In this document: positions 63,150 to 64,000 of the stretch, piece by piece | Layout of the letters: each line of letters starts with the position of its first letter | How positions within the stretch are numbered: position 1 is the first letter of the stretch | The notes under the pieces: generated by a model | Databases searched by the model: none | The model's input: only the letters and a program-made list of their open reading frames with translations | Told to the model about the DNA's origin: nothing | Assembly (NCBI GenBank): GCA_022825085.1 | Contig: JAJDYQ010000036.1 | Span: 3,007-67,006, forward strand | From: Gammaproteobacteria bacterium | GTDB taxonomy: Bacteria; Pseudomonadota; Gammaproteobacteria; JAJDYQ01 | Length of the DNA stretch: 64,000 nt | Direction: 5' to 3' | Translations under genes and position numbers: made by a program

Positions 63150-64000
63150 ATGGGTGAATTTGGAAATCCCGAAGTTGTCGAGGAAAGCGTTGATATTTTG
63201 CTGATCGGCGGCGGCATGGCCTGCTGTGGTGCAGGTTTTGAAATCATGCGCTGGGTCGAGGCGGCCAAAAAAGACGGTCATGATCTGTCTGTCAAGCTGG
63301 TTGACAAGGCAGCCATGGATCGTTCCGGTGCGGTTGCACAGGGACTGTCCGCGATCAACACGTACATCGGTACAGAGCAGGATCCTGCGGATTATGCCCG
63401 CATGGTCTCCAACGATTTGATGGGTATTACCCGTGATGATCTGGTCTATGATCTGGGCCGTCATGTTGACGAATCTGTACACCTGTTTGAAGAATGGGGC
63501 CTGCCGATCTGGAAAACCGACGAAAACGGTGAGCGCTTCGATGGTTCAAAGGGCATGACGCCTCTGAAGGACGGCGGCAAACCTGTGCGTTCCGGCAAGT
63601 GGCAGATCATGATCAATGGTGAATCCTATAAATGGATCGTTGCCGAGGCCGCGAAAAAGGCGTTGGGCACTGAGCGCATTCAGGAGCGTATTTTTATCGT
63701 CAAGCTGGTCAATGACAAAAATGATAAAAATCGCATTGCCGGGGCGGTTGGCTTTTCTACTCGCGAAGACAAGGTGGTTGTTTATACCGCCAAAGCGATC
63801 CTGCTGGCTGCCGGTGGTTGCGTGAACATCTTCCGCCCGCGCTCTGTCGGCGAAGGTACCGGGCGTGCCTGGTATCCGGTGTGGAATGCAGGTTCGACTT
63901 ACGCCATGGCCGCTGAGGCCGGTGCCGAACTGACCATGATGGAAAACCGTTTCGTGCCGACTCGTTTCAAGGATGGTTATGGCCCGGTAGGTGCCTGGTT
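63150..64000 (+). CDS. aprA: Adenylylsulfate reductase alpha subunit (partial, runs off the right edge)
   Basis: Not in the ORF track because there is no stop in the window. The ATG at 63150 follows AGGAGAG. MGEFGNPEVVEESVDILLIGGGMACCGAGFE... is the AprA FAD-binding N-terminus, and the frame stays open to 64000. Confidence 0.93.
   Translation, partial: MGEFGNPEVVEESVDILLIGGGMACCGAGFEIMRWVEAAKKDGHDLSVKLVDKAAMDRSGAVAQGLSAINTYIGTEQDPADYARMVSNDLMGITRDDLVYDLGRHVDESVHLFEEWGLPIWKTDENGERFDGSKGMTPLKDGGKPVRSGKWQIMINGESYKWIVAEAAKKALGTERIQERIFIVKLVNDKNDKNRIAGAVGFSTREDKVVVYTAKAILLAAGGCVNIFRPRSVGEGTGRAWYPVWNAGSTYAMAAEAGAELTMMENRFVPTRFKDGYGPVGAW

Noticed and set aside
1-64000. Search by eye for CRISPR arrays, tRNA and rRNA genes
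   Set aside because: I noticed no regularly spaced direct repeats and no cloverleaf-like or rRNA-like stretches in the intergenic regions. This is a negative result by inspection only. tRNAscan-SE, Infernal/Rfam and a CRISPR finder would be decisive.

Overview
64-kb chromosomal window from a gammaproteobacterium, probably a sulfur oxidiser (aprBA at the right edge). The housekeeping backbone is htpX', argS, ubiE-ubiJ-ubiB, hslVU, pcnB-folK-panBC, hemH, ribF-ileS-lspA-fkpB, uvrD, fbpABC, bioA and crp. Two things interrupt it. (1) A fucosyltransferase-like glycosyltransferase family occurs in four paralogous copies. Three are tandem at 11.1-14.3 kb, one of them carrying a single in-frame TGA, and the fourth is at 26.6 kb. 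(2) A rearranged accessory region of about 21 kb (32.4-53.1 kb) begins where ispH would be expected after fkpB. From left to right it holds: an AlbA_2/HATPase protein, unknown ORFs and an SDH-family Clp-fold serine protease; a visibly GC-rich vapBC-hsdRMS operon with overlapping genes; and a TRAP transporter split into dctQM (+) and dctP (-). Between the TRAP halves lies a visibly AT-rich run of four gene blocks separated by attC-like imperfect palindromes, that is integron-type cassettes with no integrase in the window. The blocks carry two type II R-M pairs (one methyltransferase fused to an AlkA-like HhH-GPD glycosylase), a DUF3800 protein and a small membrane protein. The region also contains IS3-like and IS91-like remnants and a duplicated uvrD 3' end. 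Separately, a MotA/ExbB-like protein and a MotB/ExbD-like coiled-coil protein sit in an apparent operon with an MFP/RND pump (20.2-26.5 kb). I recognised no rRNA, tRNA or CRISPR array by eye. All functional calls rest on motifs read from the translations and on remembered family signatures; no searches were run.
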